Below, one piece after another: positions 1 to 14,310 of a stretch of 64,000 bases of DNA. Under the pieces are notes generated by a model, which saw only the letters and a list, made by a program, of their open reading frames with translations, was not told the DNA's origin and did not search any database. Position numbers and translations under genes: made by a program. Location: positions 3,906,001 through 3,970,000 of the forward strand of contig CM022670.1 in NCBI GenBank assembly GCA_012295275.1, given 5' to 3'. Source of the stretch: Chrysomallon squamiferum. Taxonomy: Eukaryota; Animalia; Mollusca. The number at the start of each line of letters is the position of its first letter. Within the stretch, counting starts at the first letter, position 1.

Positions 1-580
1 GCGTCCAGACTGTTAGTTCAAATTTGGTAAATTTCGTCTTCGTCTGTTTGGGTTTCTTCTGCCAATTACCGTATTCCCGCTGTTTTTAATGGCGTCTGCA
101 GGTGCTAGGGAGCATCTGAGAACGAGGTCAAAGGACTGAACGAAATGTCAGAACGTTTCTGACTGGTTGCCTATCAACAGGTGCTCTCTAACGCCAGGTG
201 GTGGTCTGTCGAGGCAGGTTTGTTTGTCAACAGGTACAGCTATTGTTTTCCATTCCGGTACAGACGACCTCAGTGCTATCAGTTTACGGTCAGGACCCTG
301 CTAAGCTGGGATGTGTCTCATCGATCGCACACAGCGCTTTCGGAGATAGTGGTGGTGTCGAAATCGGGATCGAATCCGAGCAGAGAATAAGAGGATTTTT
401 TTAATTTTTTTTTATAAAATACATATTTTAATGGTTGAGTGTTATTATAATAGAGAAGATCATAGAACTGCTTATTTCCTTTCGTATATATTTACTTTCT
501 AACTTACTTTTTTTTATGTAGAAAATTTCATGTTGCTGGATTTTTATTATTAATATTTATTATTATTATTTTTATTATTA

Positions 581-631
<51 letters not shown>

Positions 632-1211
632 TTTGTGTGTGCAAGATAATTTTCTCTCTCTCTAAATTTCTATGTATGTGTATGCATGAATGTGTATATT
701 TGTTTATGTACGTATTTATGTATGTACGTTTATTTGTTTGTGTATGGATGGGTATGGATATATGAGCATATTAATGAGTGTACTTGTAAGTGTTATGCTG
801 TTAATACTAATACTTTCATTGCTGGGCTATTTAATTAAAATAAACTGGACACTGCTGTGTTTTCAGTTAAATACTTCCAGTATGTATATTAATACACAAG
901 TAAACTCTGGCTATTAATAAACGGCCATTGTGATAAGGTATGCCCCACTGGATGTAAATAAATATGTGATAATTTATCTTAAGTTAAATTCATATGAATC
1001 CAGTGAGGGAAAGTTTTAAAGAGCCGTAGAAAGTTTTATTTGAGGTTTATTGGAAAAAGCTAATAAAAGAAATTAACTGTGGCGCTAGAAATAACTGTGT
1101 GTATGACGTGCACAGCTGATGACTGATTGTCGTTGTTTGTTGAGAGAAGAAGAAAGAAAGAGTAACAAATGGAAACGCATGATACGATAAGATAGTATAA
1201 ACAGAAAGAAA

Positions 1212-1215
<4 letters not shown>

Positions 1216-1299
<84 letters not shown>

Positions 1300-1344
1300 A
1301 AGAGAGAGAAAGAAAGAGAGAGAGCAAGAAAAAGAGAGAAAGAA

Positions 1345-1413
<69 letters not shown>

Positions 1414-1526
1414 GAAAGAGAGAGAGCAAGAAAAAGAGAGAAAGAAAGAGAGAGAGAGAGAGAGAGAGAGCAAGAGAGAAAGAGAGAGAGCAAGAAAGAG
1501 AGAGAAAGAGAGAAAGAAAGAGAGAG

Positions 1527-1601
<75 letters not shown>

Positions 1602-1618
1602 GGGCACAGAAGAGAGAG
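1216..1618. repeat. Long (GA)n microsatellite with an internal degenerate GAAA/GCAA-interrupted section
   Basis: About 400 nt of almost pure purine; source of the SLSLSL and RERERE ORFs. Confidence 0.97.
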
Positions 1619-2390
1619 ACATAAATAAATAAAATAGATAACAGAACGGAAGCACAGACCATAATAATAATAACAACATCAACTACTACTATTATTGATA
1701 TTTCTACTACTACTACTACTAACGATAATAATAATAATAATAATACTATTAAAAATAATAATAAATATTAGAAGAAGAATTTAATGATCTAATCATAAAT
1801 ATACCATCGCTTTTTCCTCAATGTTTTCCGGGTTTCAAGACACACAAATACACACTTCACGATAGCTGTATTTCCTGGTTCACTCAGTTATGCAGAAAAT
1901 GTTAATTAATATATTAAATACGTCATTTCCCACTCCACTGCGCATTACTTTATGTTTAATATCTGTATATTATACACTTCAACTATATTGATCGTTGCAA
2001 GCAGTATAGAATGTTTTTCTTACTTACAATTTTTTCAGACGTTTATTTGTAAATTTTTATCTTTAAGAGAAATAAAGTACAACTGAAATCATAATTTTTA
2101 ATAATTTATTTATTTATTTATTTATTAATCCGTGAATTAATAGTAGTAGTTGTAGTAGTTGCAGTAGAAGCAGAGCAGCAGCAATAGTAATGGTTATAGC
2201 AGTAAATTAACAGAATAGTAGTAATATAATAGTTCTGGTGTTTTATTTATATATGTGTCATTTGTGGTATCAGTATCAACAGCAGCAGTGTTAGTACTTG
2301 TAGTAGTAGCAGCAATGGTGTGGTTATTGTAGTAGTAGTAGTAGTGTGGCAACTGTAATACTAGCAGTATAACTAGTAGTAGCAGTAGTA

Positions 2391-2478
2391 GAGGAAATCC
2401 CTAATCCTTAATCCAAAATGCTTGGGATTTTCGGATTTAGACATATTCTAGGATTTTGGTTGAGGGATTTTCAGCTTT
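2391..2478. mobile_element. Very short foldback element, possible Tigger/pogo-type MITE remnant
   Basis: Imperfect terminal inverted repeats AAATCCCTAATCC...GGTTGAGGGATTTT set in GTA-type microsatellite. Internal ATCCAAAATGCTTGGGA and TTTTCGGATTT resemble Tigger4/MER46-type ends (recalled, not searched). Confidence 0.4.
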
Positions 2479-2929
2479 TAGTAATAATAATACATATTTT
2501 CAGTAGTAATAGAAATGGAGTGGTAATAGTAATACTGCTAATAAAAAAGTAGCAGTCGCTGTTGTTGCTGTAACAGCAACAGGCATGGTTTACTGTTAAA
2601 TAAATAAAACAGAAACACAGGTATAAAAATGTTCATGTAGAAATCCATATTAAAATGTGTTTGTTTTTGATCGCAAGTGGTTTTCTGTTACAATTTTATT
2701 TTAACCAATAGATGGGATTACGAAGACAAGCAGTTGAATTTAATGAACACATAAATTCATTTCCATGTACGATGGGGATCGCCATTACTGGGTGTGACAG
2801 TCTAGGGCGTGGCATTAAAAATTACATCTAATAAATGAAAGAATAAATGTTTAGAAACAAGTCAATATTTATACTGATTAACTTTTATTAGAATATATAT
2901 GATTATATGAACATATGTACATACACAAT

Positions 2930-2982
<53 letters not shown>

Positions 2983-3462
2983 ATATATATATATATGCAC
3001 GCTTACTGCATTCATATAGACATATATACGTACACAGGCACACATTTAAACATACATGTGGGAATACACATACGTACATGCATACACACACACTAGCTAC
3101 TACAACTAATTAACAGCAAACTATGTTTAAATGAATAGTAAGAAAAACGGAGATCTTCAGATTCTGGGTGTGACTGTTTTAGGTGTGGCTGTAATAGAGT
3201 AAGATAAACATATTGGTTTGACAATAAAATGTGGAAAACTTACGTTGAAATCGATTTTTAATAAAAAGGAGAAAAAAAAAAAACAGGAAATAAAAACACA
3301 TATTTGCACATAAAAAGATACATGTATGTGTTGCTATGGAAACAAAATCCAACAAAGTTTTTTAATTTTTTTTAATAATTATATCCATTTGTCTGTATCT
3401 AATCCATCGATCCATCTATCCGTCCATCTATCCATATATATCTATTTGTTTGTCTATAAAAA

Positions 3463-3580
<118 letters not shown>

Positions 3581-4477
3581 GGGTGGATAATTATACATGC
3601 AAAGAAGGGAAATATGTTATTGTTATTCCTAAACTACAACACTGAAAATGCAAGTCTTACTCTCTGACACGAGTTTTAACGAAACAGCGACTCGGCATGG
3701 CATCAAGGACAAATACTGATACATTCACTCTCGTGCGCTCATTACTCAAAACAAAAACATTTCACATCTTCAGATCGTTATTTCTGATGCGTGCTGGGGT
3801 ATCTTTAAGTAACCAATCTCTCATTTATGATGGCTAAGAATCCTGCTACTGAAAACAGGTTAACCTCGAAGACCCTGTGCGGGCACTAAAATTACGTACG
3901 TAAAGAATACTACAGCAGCCCTATTACAACTGTTTTCTCGAAACGCCGCTCTTCGGAATAGAACTCGGATCGATACAAGACCATTTGTGACCTGTTCCCG
4001 CCAGATTTCCAATCAGCAGACAACAGACTGTCTGGCGCAAATCAATCTCGCCCCACCTGTCGTCAACCCGATCAATAGGATTAGCATCCGGGTCTCGGTT
4101 ACAAATAACACGTCATGTCACTGGCGAGTTAACCCGATTAGTTACGAAGACTTGGCCACCTCCGATCTCGGGTCTTTTTTGTGGCGTTTGTTCGCAAAAG
4201 CAAAAACTGCGAATTCGTTTGTCACTTAGGAGTGACGAGTTTTTGTTCGAAACGTAGAATTAACGTTTTTAAGGATTAGAAATCTTCAAACGCGGTGTTT
4301 GTACGTTAAGGGTGTAATGCCGAACTAGAAAGAAAGACTTAACGAATAACCAGCGTCGCGTGTCGAATGCAGATTGACAGCAGGAAAATAGTTTTTGAAG
4401 GGATTACGGACATTGTTAGAAAGCAAAAGCAAAACAAAGAGAAAGAAGTACTGCACTTCCATTGGATATACATTTCT

Positions 4478-4560
<83 letters not shown>

Positions 4561-4719
4561 GTTTCTCTCATATCTCTCTTTGATAGCAGTAGAAGCAGCC
4601 GTAACATTCAAATTATATCAGTAATAAAATTATATCTGTAGTAAATATAATAGTGAATACAGTAGCAGATGGTATAATATTGTCATAACGGTCATATCAG
4701 TAAGTTTTAATTTGAGAGT

Positions 4720-5070
4720 TGTGAAAGTAGCAGCAGCAGAAGTTGTGGTAGACGTAATAGTCGAGGTAGAGGTGATGGTAACAACAGTAGCAGTAGAAGC
4801 AGTACTTTTTCAAGAACCGTACCAGTAGCAGTGGTAGTAGTGCTAGTAGTAGTAGTTGTTGTAGTAGTAATTGTAGTAATAGCAGGAGGAGTAGTAGTAG
4901 CAGTTGTCGTAGTAGTAATTGTAGTAATAGCAGGAGTAGTAATAGTAGTAGTTGTTGTTGTTGTTTTAGTAGTAGTAGTAGTTGTTGTTGTTGTTTTAGT
5001 AGTAGTAATTGTTGTTGTTGTAGTAGAAGTAATAATTGCAGTAGTGATAGCGATAGTAACAGTGTTGTAA
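4720..5070. repeat. Degenerate (GTA/GTT/GCA)n trinucleotide tract
   Basis: Imperfect triplet periodicity; explains the poly-T and poly-V ORFs. Confidence 0.9.
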
Positions 5071-5645
5071 TATCCGTCTGTTATTATCATACTATTTGGA
5101 CTTTGAACTTAGATCAATCGTTTCGCATCTGTAATTCATTATACATATGGAAGTACATTTTGAAATATATGAATGTATAATTAATGATATTCACCAGAAA
5201 TAAAAAAATAAAAAAATTGCATTAAAATTTAAATCAAAGAGATGTAAAACGTATTACTTTTTAATAATATATTACAAAGAGCACTATCAAAATACAATTC
5301 TGAAAGTATATGAGAATGTACGACAGTATGCATGTACAACTGCAGTTATAATTATTATCTATCTAAAAGCATGTTCATCAAACATGTAATTAACTGAAGA
5401 AACAGGTTCATCATTAAATATCCAAATACCATTTCCCAGATTCATTTCCTGCTTACCGTTTATTAATTTGATTTTCAAATTTCTGTGTTGCAGAAATAAA
5501 AGGGCACGTGTTACCATAATTATTACTAAGCACTTCTTTTGTTTGTTGTTTTTATTTACTTACTATGTGTGTACGTATGTACGTATATATGTATGCATTA
5601 TTAATATATGAATATATGCATTTATATACGTACGTATGCGTATAA

Positions 5646-5685
<40 letters not shown>

Positions 5686-6614
5686 ATATATAAGGTGTAA
5701 GTAGGTATTTGAATATGGTTGCATGTACGTGTGTAGTTGAACGTACTGGTCTGTTTGGTCCACGCGTGTTTACCGTGTTAAACATCTGTGGACTCAGTGT
5801 GTGGGTGGCTGTGACTGGATGTACACACACTCAGCGTTAACTACGTACACAATACAACACTGCAGTGGATCTCTGTGTCTACACTAACAGTTCTCTTTTA
5901 CCAGTCTGTATGTCGATATCTCCCATTATGCTTCTTATTGCAGAACGAACAAATATTAGTGCGGTTATGTAAACACTACTCGCTAAATCTGTTTACTTTT
6001 TCTTGGGTGATCTAGAATTGGCGTTAGTAGCCAAGTAGCGCTTTGGAAGCAATTCAAAACCCAGCCTTCCCCCGTACGTTGACAGTTATATTCTGGTCTC
6101 AGCTACTTGGTAAATGTCGCCTAGGCTTCACCAGAAATAACTCCTAATAACGGCGTGGTTTATTTTAATTCCTTTTCCAAGAATAGGACCAAAATAAAGG
6201 CACTCATGTTTTGCTGAATGTACAGCTTGTTTGGTCATGCTTAAACAGCTCTGCGGTATACTTCGTATATTATTGCGTTGTTAGTATCAAGATAAAATAT
6301 TTTATTTAGAGTTAAGGAAGCAATAACAAATATCATTTATTTGACGTGGTTAATATTAAACCCATCGACATTATATTTTCATTGATGTATAGTAACATGC
6401 ATTGCAGTTTCTGCAACAGCAACACCATAAATGTTTCTAGAACTACTTCAGCTACCGTTAATTAATGCTGTTGTCGTTGTTATTGGTATCACAGTGACAG
6501 ATTCTACAACTCTGATGTTTATATTACTACGACTGTTACGACGGCCATTGTTGACATTGTCATGTAACTACAGCTAACATGACTCTAATTACTGCTGCTG
6601 CTACTGACACTACA

Positions 6615-7290
6615 ACTACAGTGTCTAATATTACTACTACTAGAACATCTACTACTACCGCTGCTTTTACTACAGTTTCTAATATTACTACTACTAGAAC
6701 AACTACTACTACCGCTGCTTTTACTACAGTTTCTAATATTACTACTACTAGAACAACTACTACTACCGCTGCTTTTACTACAGTTTCTAATATTACTACT
6801 ACTAGAACAACTACTACTATCGCTGCTTTTACTACAGTTTCTAATATTACTACTACTAGAACAACTACTACTACCGCTGCTTTTACTACAGTTTCTAATA
6901 TTACTAATACTAGAACAACTACTACTATCGCTGCTTTTACTACAGTTTCTAATATTACTACTACTAGAACAACTACTACTACCGCTGCTTTTACTACAGT
7001 TTCTAATATTACTACTACTAGAACAACTACTACTACCGCTGCTTTTACTACAGTTTCTAATATTACTACTACTAGAACAACTACTACTACCGCTGCTTTT
7101 ACTACAGTTTCTAATATTACTACTACTAGAACAACTACTACTACCGCTGCTTTTACTACAGTTTCTAATATTACTACTACTAGAACAACTACTACTACCG
7201 CTGCTTTTACTACAGTTTCTAATATTACTACTACTAGAACAACTACTACTACCGCTGCTTTTACTACAGTTTCTAATATTACTAATACTG
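6615..7290. repeat. 54-bp minisatellite, ~12.5 near-identical copies
   Basis: Unit ACTACAGTTTCTAATATTACTACTACTAGAACAACTACTACTACCGCTGCTTTT recurs with exact 54-nt period (6615, 6669 ... 7263). Confidence 0.97.
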
Positions 7291-7499
7291 CTCTCACTGC
7301 TGCTACTATTACAATTACCGTTACCATTATTACCATCACTACTACTACTACTATTGCTACTACTACTACTACTACTACTACTACTAATAATAATAATAAT
7401 AATAATGACGATGATGATGATGATGAGAATAATATAATATAATGTAATATAATAATTCACTCTATTATTATTAATATCATCCATTCATAATATAAATAA

Positions 7500-7556
<57 letters not shown>

Positions 7557-7629
7557 AAGAAGTTATCTGTTTTGTCACTGAATCACTTTGAAATAAGGTG
7601 TTCTAATCAGATTCCCTCCAGCGAAACCC

Positions 7630-7661
<32 letters not shown>

Positions 7662-7825
7662 ACTTGTGCTTAGAAAACATTAACACCGATTCCCAGGTGA
7701 AAACTTAAAATAAACTCTGTTAAATATTAAACTTGTTTTCAGTGAAGGACATGTAGTCTGTTCGATTTTCTGAAAGATGGAAGCAAAGACTTCAAGATGT
7801 GAATGAGTGTGAGAGGAGAGTTTGG

Positions 7826-7928
<103 letters not shown>

Positions 7929-7934
7929 GCAGAT

Positions 7935-8003
7935 CTTTATATATTTATGCAGTCGCCACACACACACATATATATATACAGCAAGAGATATAAAGACAGA
8001 TGG

Positions 8004-8054
<51 letters not shown>

Positions 8055-8399
8055 TAGATATTGTAAACAGAGATCGGCTAAACTGCAGGTTACTCTTCCT
8101 ACATGCAACAAAACTCGCTGAAATTACGAACACTGTATTGTTCACTGAGAAGTCTCGATCATGTGATACGTCATGTATGTCGTAACTTTGACCTTCAGCC
8201 CACGTGTAAAGTTTTACCGTACAAACACAATAAATATTTCCTGATCGAAACCGAAAGTGAGTGGGAGTTTCTGTAGAAAATAATTTTATTTTGACAAACC
8301 ACTGACATCGCAAAACAATTTTTTTTAGCAGGTTAAAGGAAGTGTGTTGATGTGCAAATTTGCTTATGTGCCTATGCGAATCTGTGCGTATGTGAGTAT

Positions 8400-8472
<73 letters not shown>

Positions 8473-9179
8473 GTAATTACGTAAACATATATGAGTGAGT
8501 GAGAGGGAAACAAAACTGCTTGTTACTGAACAATAGCGACACACAATCGAAATGAAAACGATACTAACGTTGTTATTGCTGTCGTTGTTTCTGTTTTTGC
8601 TGTTGTTTTTATTGTTACTGCTGTTTATGAAACTATTGTTCCATTTATATATTTATCATTCGCCACACATATATATAGCGTTAGAGAGAGAGACAGAGAA
8701 AGAGACAGACAGACAGATATTATAAACGATAAACAGCTAAACTGCAGGTTATCTTCCTACAGACAACAAAACACGCTGACATTACAAACACATCACGCAG
8801 TAATTACAAACACATCACGCTGAAATTACAAATGCATCACGCTGAAATTACAAATGCATCACGCTGAAATGACGAACACTGTACTGGTTGCGCTGAGATC
8901 ATGTGACACGTCATGTATGAAATGTATGTCGTAACTTTGACCTTCACCCCATATGTAATGTTTTTCAGTACAAACACAAAAATATTTCCTGATCGAAACC
9001 GAAAGTGAGTGGGCGTTTCTATAGAAAATAATTTTATTTTGACAAACCACTGACATCGGGTAAAGTATTTTTCATTTTTTATTATTTTTATTTTTTAAGC
9101 AGGTTAAAGGAAGTTTGTGTTAATATTTGTGTGTCGATGTTTGTGTATGTTTATGTGTCTGTGTGAGTCATTGTATATA

Positions 9180-9264
<85 letters not shown>

Positions 9265-9405
9265 GTAACTACGTAAACATATATTAATGAGAGTTTGAGA
9301 AGGAAAAAACTGCTGGTTACTGAACAATAGCGACACACAATCGAAATGAAAACGATACTGATGTTGTTATTGCTGTCGTTGTTTCTGTTTTTGCTGTTGT
9401 TTTGT
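7935..9405. repeat. Diverged direct tandem duplication (copy 1 ~7935-8610, copy 2 ~8645-9405)
   Basis: Collinear shared blocks: GCTAAACTGCAGGTTA, ATGTATGTCGTAACTTTGACCTTCA, AAATATTTCCTGATCGAAACCGAAAGTGAGTGGG, (GA)n, GTTACTGAACAATAGCGACACACAATCGAAATGAAAACGATACT. Confidence 0.95.
8772..8879. repeat. 22-bp minisatellite, ~5 copies, within duplication copy 2 only
   Basis: CACGCTGAAATTACAAA(TG/CA)CAT units; a single corresponding CGCTGAAATTACGAACAC in copy 1. Confidence 0.92.
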
Positions 9406-9821
9406 TATTAATGTTATTGTTGCATCTTCTATTGTACTATCGTTATTGTTTTCTGCTGATGCTCTTATTACCGCTGGTTCTGTTGATATTGTTGCTGGTT
9501 CTACTTCTGTTCGTGTTGTCGCTGATGTTGCTATGATTGGTACAGTTTCTGTATTACATTACATTGCCATTTCAGACTATTTGTTTTACTACTACTACTA
9601 CTACTACTGCTACTGCTACTACTACGGCACCACCACCACTACTACTAGTACTAATACTAATACTAATACTAATACTAATAATACTAACACTAATACTACT
9701 ACTAATAATAATAAAAAGAAAATATCACATTATTTTCACAATAAAAATTAAAAAAATATTTCCTCAGAACCTTTTTTTTTTTCAGCTTTTGTGGTTATAC
9801 ATTCCAAACTCTTGAATGAAA

Positions 9822-9856
<35 letters not shown>

Positions 9857-10879
9857 ATAACGCGGTGACATTTCCAATAAGGGAATTTTTATTAACTCTT
9901 TTAATGTCAGATAACTACGGGACCGCGGACTGCAGCAGTGCTGGTAACACGGCGAAAACGATTTAATGGCATTAGTAGCATTGCTAGTGGATGAATCACG
10001 TGAAAAAACAGACGTCCAGTGTCTGTACGGGCTGACGCTGTGTAATTCCTGGTTGCGATGACTGCTCAAGCGATCACCGTCAGCTTTTGAAGCCGCCTGT
10101 GACACATTCGTGTCCAGAAGAAAAAGACAACCTCGTTAATCCGATACAGTCAAGTTTTACATTCTTTAAACAGTATTTAGCATTTTTGTTGTTGTTATAA
10201 TACTCATAGTAACGAGGGATTTTTAAAAAAAATTTTTTATTTTTTTTTAAATACCAACAGGAATAGGTGTTGGGAAAAAATTATGTGAAAATATGCATAC
10301 AAACGTACACAACCACATACGTACGTACGTACATACATACACATATACATAGACATAAAATGACATGAAAGTACAAAGAAATGTAAAACCAATACCTGTA
10401 AAGACAGGAATACAGTAAGTGTATGGATAACAATAATTGTGAGGTGATCAGTTTTATCAACTAATAACTGTGAAAAATGTCATCACCACAGACAAATTTA
10501 ACTGTCAGTCATTTAAAACATGCTTTCATTCGCTGAATATTCAAACAAATTTCAGATTCACCTAGTTATGGATGCTGAAATTTCTGTCCAACAAATTTGA
10601 TATTCTGAGAAAACTGTGTTAGTGGGTTGAATTGATAAGAAAATAGAACGGAGGATGGGATGCTTTTACAACAACGTCAACGGTAACAGCGACATATGCA
10701 TCGATAGAAGTAGTGGCAACAAGAACATGGACAAAAGTAGCAGCAACAACAACATCAACAGGGGCAGTAACAGCAAAAACACCTTGCCAGTTCTGGCATC
10801 GAGTAATTACCGAGAAGCGAACTCAGGACAGACTTGTTTCAGGCTGACGATTTAACCACAATCTCCTAGAAAGGTTTTT

Positions 10880-11295
10880 AAATTGGTAAATTTTTGCCAA
10901 TAAAAATTTCGAAATCTTGAGTAAAGTTATTTGACAAATAAGATACACTTTTAGCAGGTGTACTATGGTGTGGTGAATTTCATCCTTTTAAGAAGTGTTT
11001 AACATTCAAAACAAGTTGATACATTTGATAAAATCATCGCTTGACAAATTTGGTAAATTTCAGCTCTTGATAGCTTGAAATTTTCACCCATAACTAATAA
11101 ATATGATTAATTTCAACAGTAAGTAAATGTGGTACATTTTGTCATTTAATAAATAAAATATGTAAAGTTCTAAATTGCACTGGTAAATTTCAACATTTAA
11201 CATATATGGTAATTTCTAAATTTCACTGTTAAATTTCATCATTTAACATAAATGGTGAATTCAAAATGACACTGGTAAATCTGGTAACATTCAAC
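10880..11295. repeat. Degenerate array of TGGTAAATTT-like motifs (old satellite or internal repeats of a decayed element)
   Basis: About a dozen variants (TGGTAAATTT, TGGTGAATTT, TGGTACATTT, TGTTAAATTT), with ~45-nt periodicity near 11180-11280. Confidence 0.7.
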
Positions 11296-12301
11296 CGTAG
11301 CTCGCCCATGCTGTACATTTCCATTAGCTTATTAATTTCGGCTGTAGAATGATTTTATTCATTAATAATGTGTCGCTGTTTCCATCTTGTCGCAGATTTT
11401 ATAGCTTAATGGCTTTTGTAATCATGTTAACATATTAACCTAATTCTCCTAACTACCAGAGAGAGCTCTGCGTACAGACATGGAGCGTTTATAAAATAAA
11501 TATATATAAAAACAAAACAACGACAAGAATAATGATGACAACATCGACGACAACACAGATTTAGATAAAAAAAAAAAAAAAAAAAAAAAAGTGCGATACA
11601 CATACACATAAAATCATATCACCGCAAAATCCATGTAATTAGAGTAGGTTTTTTGTTTAGAAGTCAAGAAATCATTGTTTTTGCTACCAGCATTATTTAT
11701 TTATTTATTTTTAAAACATTAATGGTTTGATCACATTTTAATTTGTAATTTTTAATTTTTTTCAACTTCCAGTTTAAATTTTTGTATAATTTGCGCAATA
11801 AATATTAGCGAAAACAAAAATCGCTGGTTGCATTGGACTGAATCCGAACAGAATCCAGAGAAAATGAGATCTGATTACAAGTTAAAATTATAAAGAAAAT
11901 AGTTTAACAAATAACAGCAACATCTTCAACAACAACCATACCAATAACAAAAGAATTATCAGAAGCAATAAAAAAACCAAGCAGCAACGACATTAACAAC
12001 ACCAGCAGCAACAACAACAACAACAACAACAACACCAACAATCGCGCAATTTAAAAGACGGTTTCTATAATGTCTTCCTGATTCGATTATGTAATCAGAG
12101 AATTTTTTTTTTTTTTTTTTCTTTTGATCTAAAGGTCGCCGTCTTTCTAAAAATTCTGTTACATGCAGTACATGTCGTTTTCTCGTTTCCGGTAATAACG
12201 GTTTTTAGCACCCCGTCAGGAATCTGACAGAAAATCTTCGACTTAGAATTTTGTTTTCTTCAACGGTTCCTTGTTTTCTTGGTTTTTGGGGATTATTTTT
12301 T

Positions 12302-12339
<38 letters not shown>

Positions 12340-12382
12340 CGAAACAAAATTGAAATGTAACAAAATTGCGAATTTTGGTTGT

Positions 12383-12437
<55 letters not shown>

Positions 12438-12509
12438 TTATTATGACAATTATTATAATTATTTTTGTTGTTGCGTTACTATTATTATCTTCTTTTTAAT
12501 TAAATTTAC

Positions 12510-12559
<50 letters not shown>

Positions 12560-13631
12560 AATAAATAAATAAAAATAAATAAATAAATCGACCAGAAATC
12601 AAACCGAAAAAACAATGGCTACAAATGTTTATTAACAAACCATATATTTCTCTCTCAGTTGTTCAGCACTGAAATATAATACGTCATTATAACACTTTGT
12701 ATTAAATTTACTGGATTACATTCCATTTTTACATTTTATTATCAGAACAGATGACGCAGATAACATATCAACCGCCCTTACTGTTAGTGACGTCACAGCA
12801 TCATTTGTTTTTCCCTTTCATAGTAATTTTGTTACTAGTATACAATATGTATGTGTCTGTGTATAAATATCTAAATATATGTGTATATGTGTGTGTTAAT
12901 GTTAAATATACATATGCACGTGTAGGCATATCTATATCTATATATATATATATATATGCATGTATATAATGCCTACATGTGTATGTATGTTTGTTGGTGT
13001 GGCTGTGGTTGTGTATATGTTTGGAATGCTTGGGTACATATGTACTGAGTTACTTCTTACTCTAAGTATGACTGTCTCCATTTTAGGAAAATTAATCATT
13101 TTTAAACGTGGATTAAAAAATCTAAAATTAAAACAGATATTGTTTTTACCGACTCCTTCTCTCTGTCTTATTTAAATGAAATATTCTGTCCTCGATTACA
13201 TAGGCATCGCACTTATAAAGTCATTTTGTCATTCCAGAAACAACACCTAAAGGAAACAAAAAAAAGAGACAAATCTAAAACAGACATATATAAAAAAAAA
13301 AATGTAAACGTTTTCCACAACCTTGAAACATGAACAGAAATAAACGCAAGCCCACACATCGTACATAATAGAGGGATATGACCTAAGTAGGTTAGCAGGA
13401 AAACCGTTAGCTGCCAATGGCTTCCTAGTGGTTCGATCGAGTGACCTCTCGCTGCGTGCTTGGCATTGTTAACATTTCGAGTTGCGCCTCGGGTTGTCCG
13501 TCCTCCTCGGCGTCTGTACCTGACACGGACGGAGAGCGGCGGTTTGCTAAAAGTACATTTCACAAGCTCTCTTCGTCAGTTCCGTTATGTGGCGGAGAGC
13601 AAGTGCAAGTTAAAGTGGTCTTAGTACAACA

Positions 13632-13636
<5 letters not shown>

Positions 13637-13729
<93 letters not shown>

Positions 13730-13780
13730 GCACATAAACTCTCTCTCTCTCACTCTCTCACACACACACAGCACATAAAT

Positions 13781-13811
<31 letters not shown>

Positions 13812-13879
13812 TAACACACACACACACACAGCACATAAACTCTCTCTCTCTCTCTCTCATACACACACACACAGCACAC

Positions 13880-13940
<61 letters not shown>

Positions 13941-14022
13941 TAAACTCTCTCTCTCTCACACACACACAGCACATAAACTCTCTCTCTCTCTCTCTCTCAT
14001 ACACACACACACAGAACATAAA

Positions 14023-14067
<45 letters not shown>

Positions 14068-14075
14068 CACATAAA

Positions 14076-14107
<32 letters not shown>

Positions 14108-14234
14108 GCACATAAACTCTCTCTCTCTCTCTCTCTCATCACACACACACACAGCACATAAACTCTCTCTCTCTCTCTCATACACACACAGCACATACAC
14201 TCTCTCTCTCTCTCTCATACACACACACACAGCA

Positions 14235-14285
<51 letters not shown>

Positions 14286-14310
14286 CACACACACAGCACA
14301 TAAACACACA
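13637..14310. repeat. Compound satellite: (CT)n(CA)n + ACAGCACATAAA core, variable unit length
   Basis: More than a dozen recurrences of the CAGCACATAAA-like core separated by variable CT and CA runs. Confidence 0.95.

Noticed and set aside
1047-1682. Long ORFs of 114-211 aa (SLSLSL, RERERE) and the many similar ORFs across the window
   Set aside because: Translations of (GA)n, (CA)n, (TAA)n and (GTA)n repeats, open in several frames; no domain content.
9854-10105. 83-aa minus-strand ORF with non-repetitive composition
   Set aside because: GTG start, no recognisable family, no convincing splice sites, and ends beside a homopolymer run.
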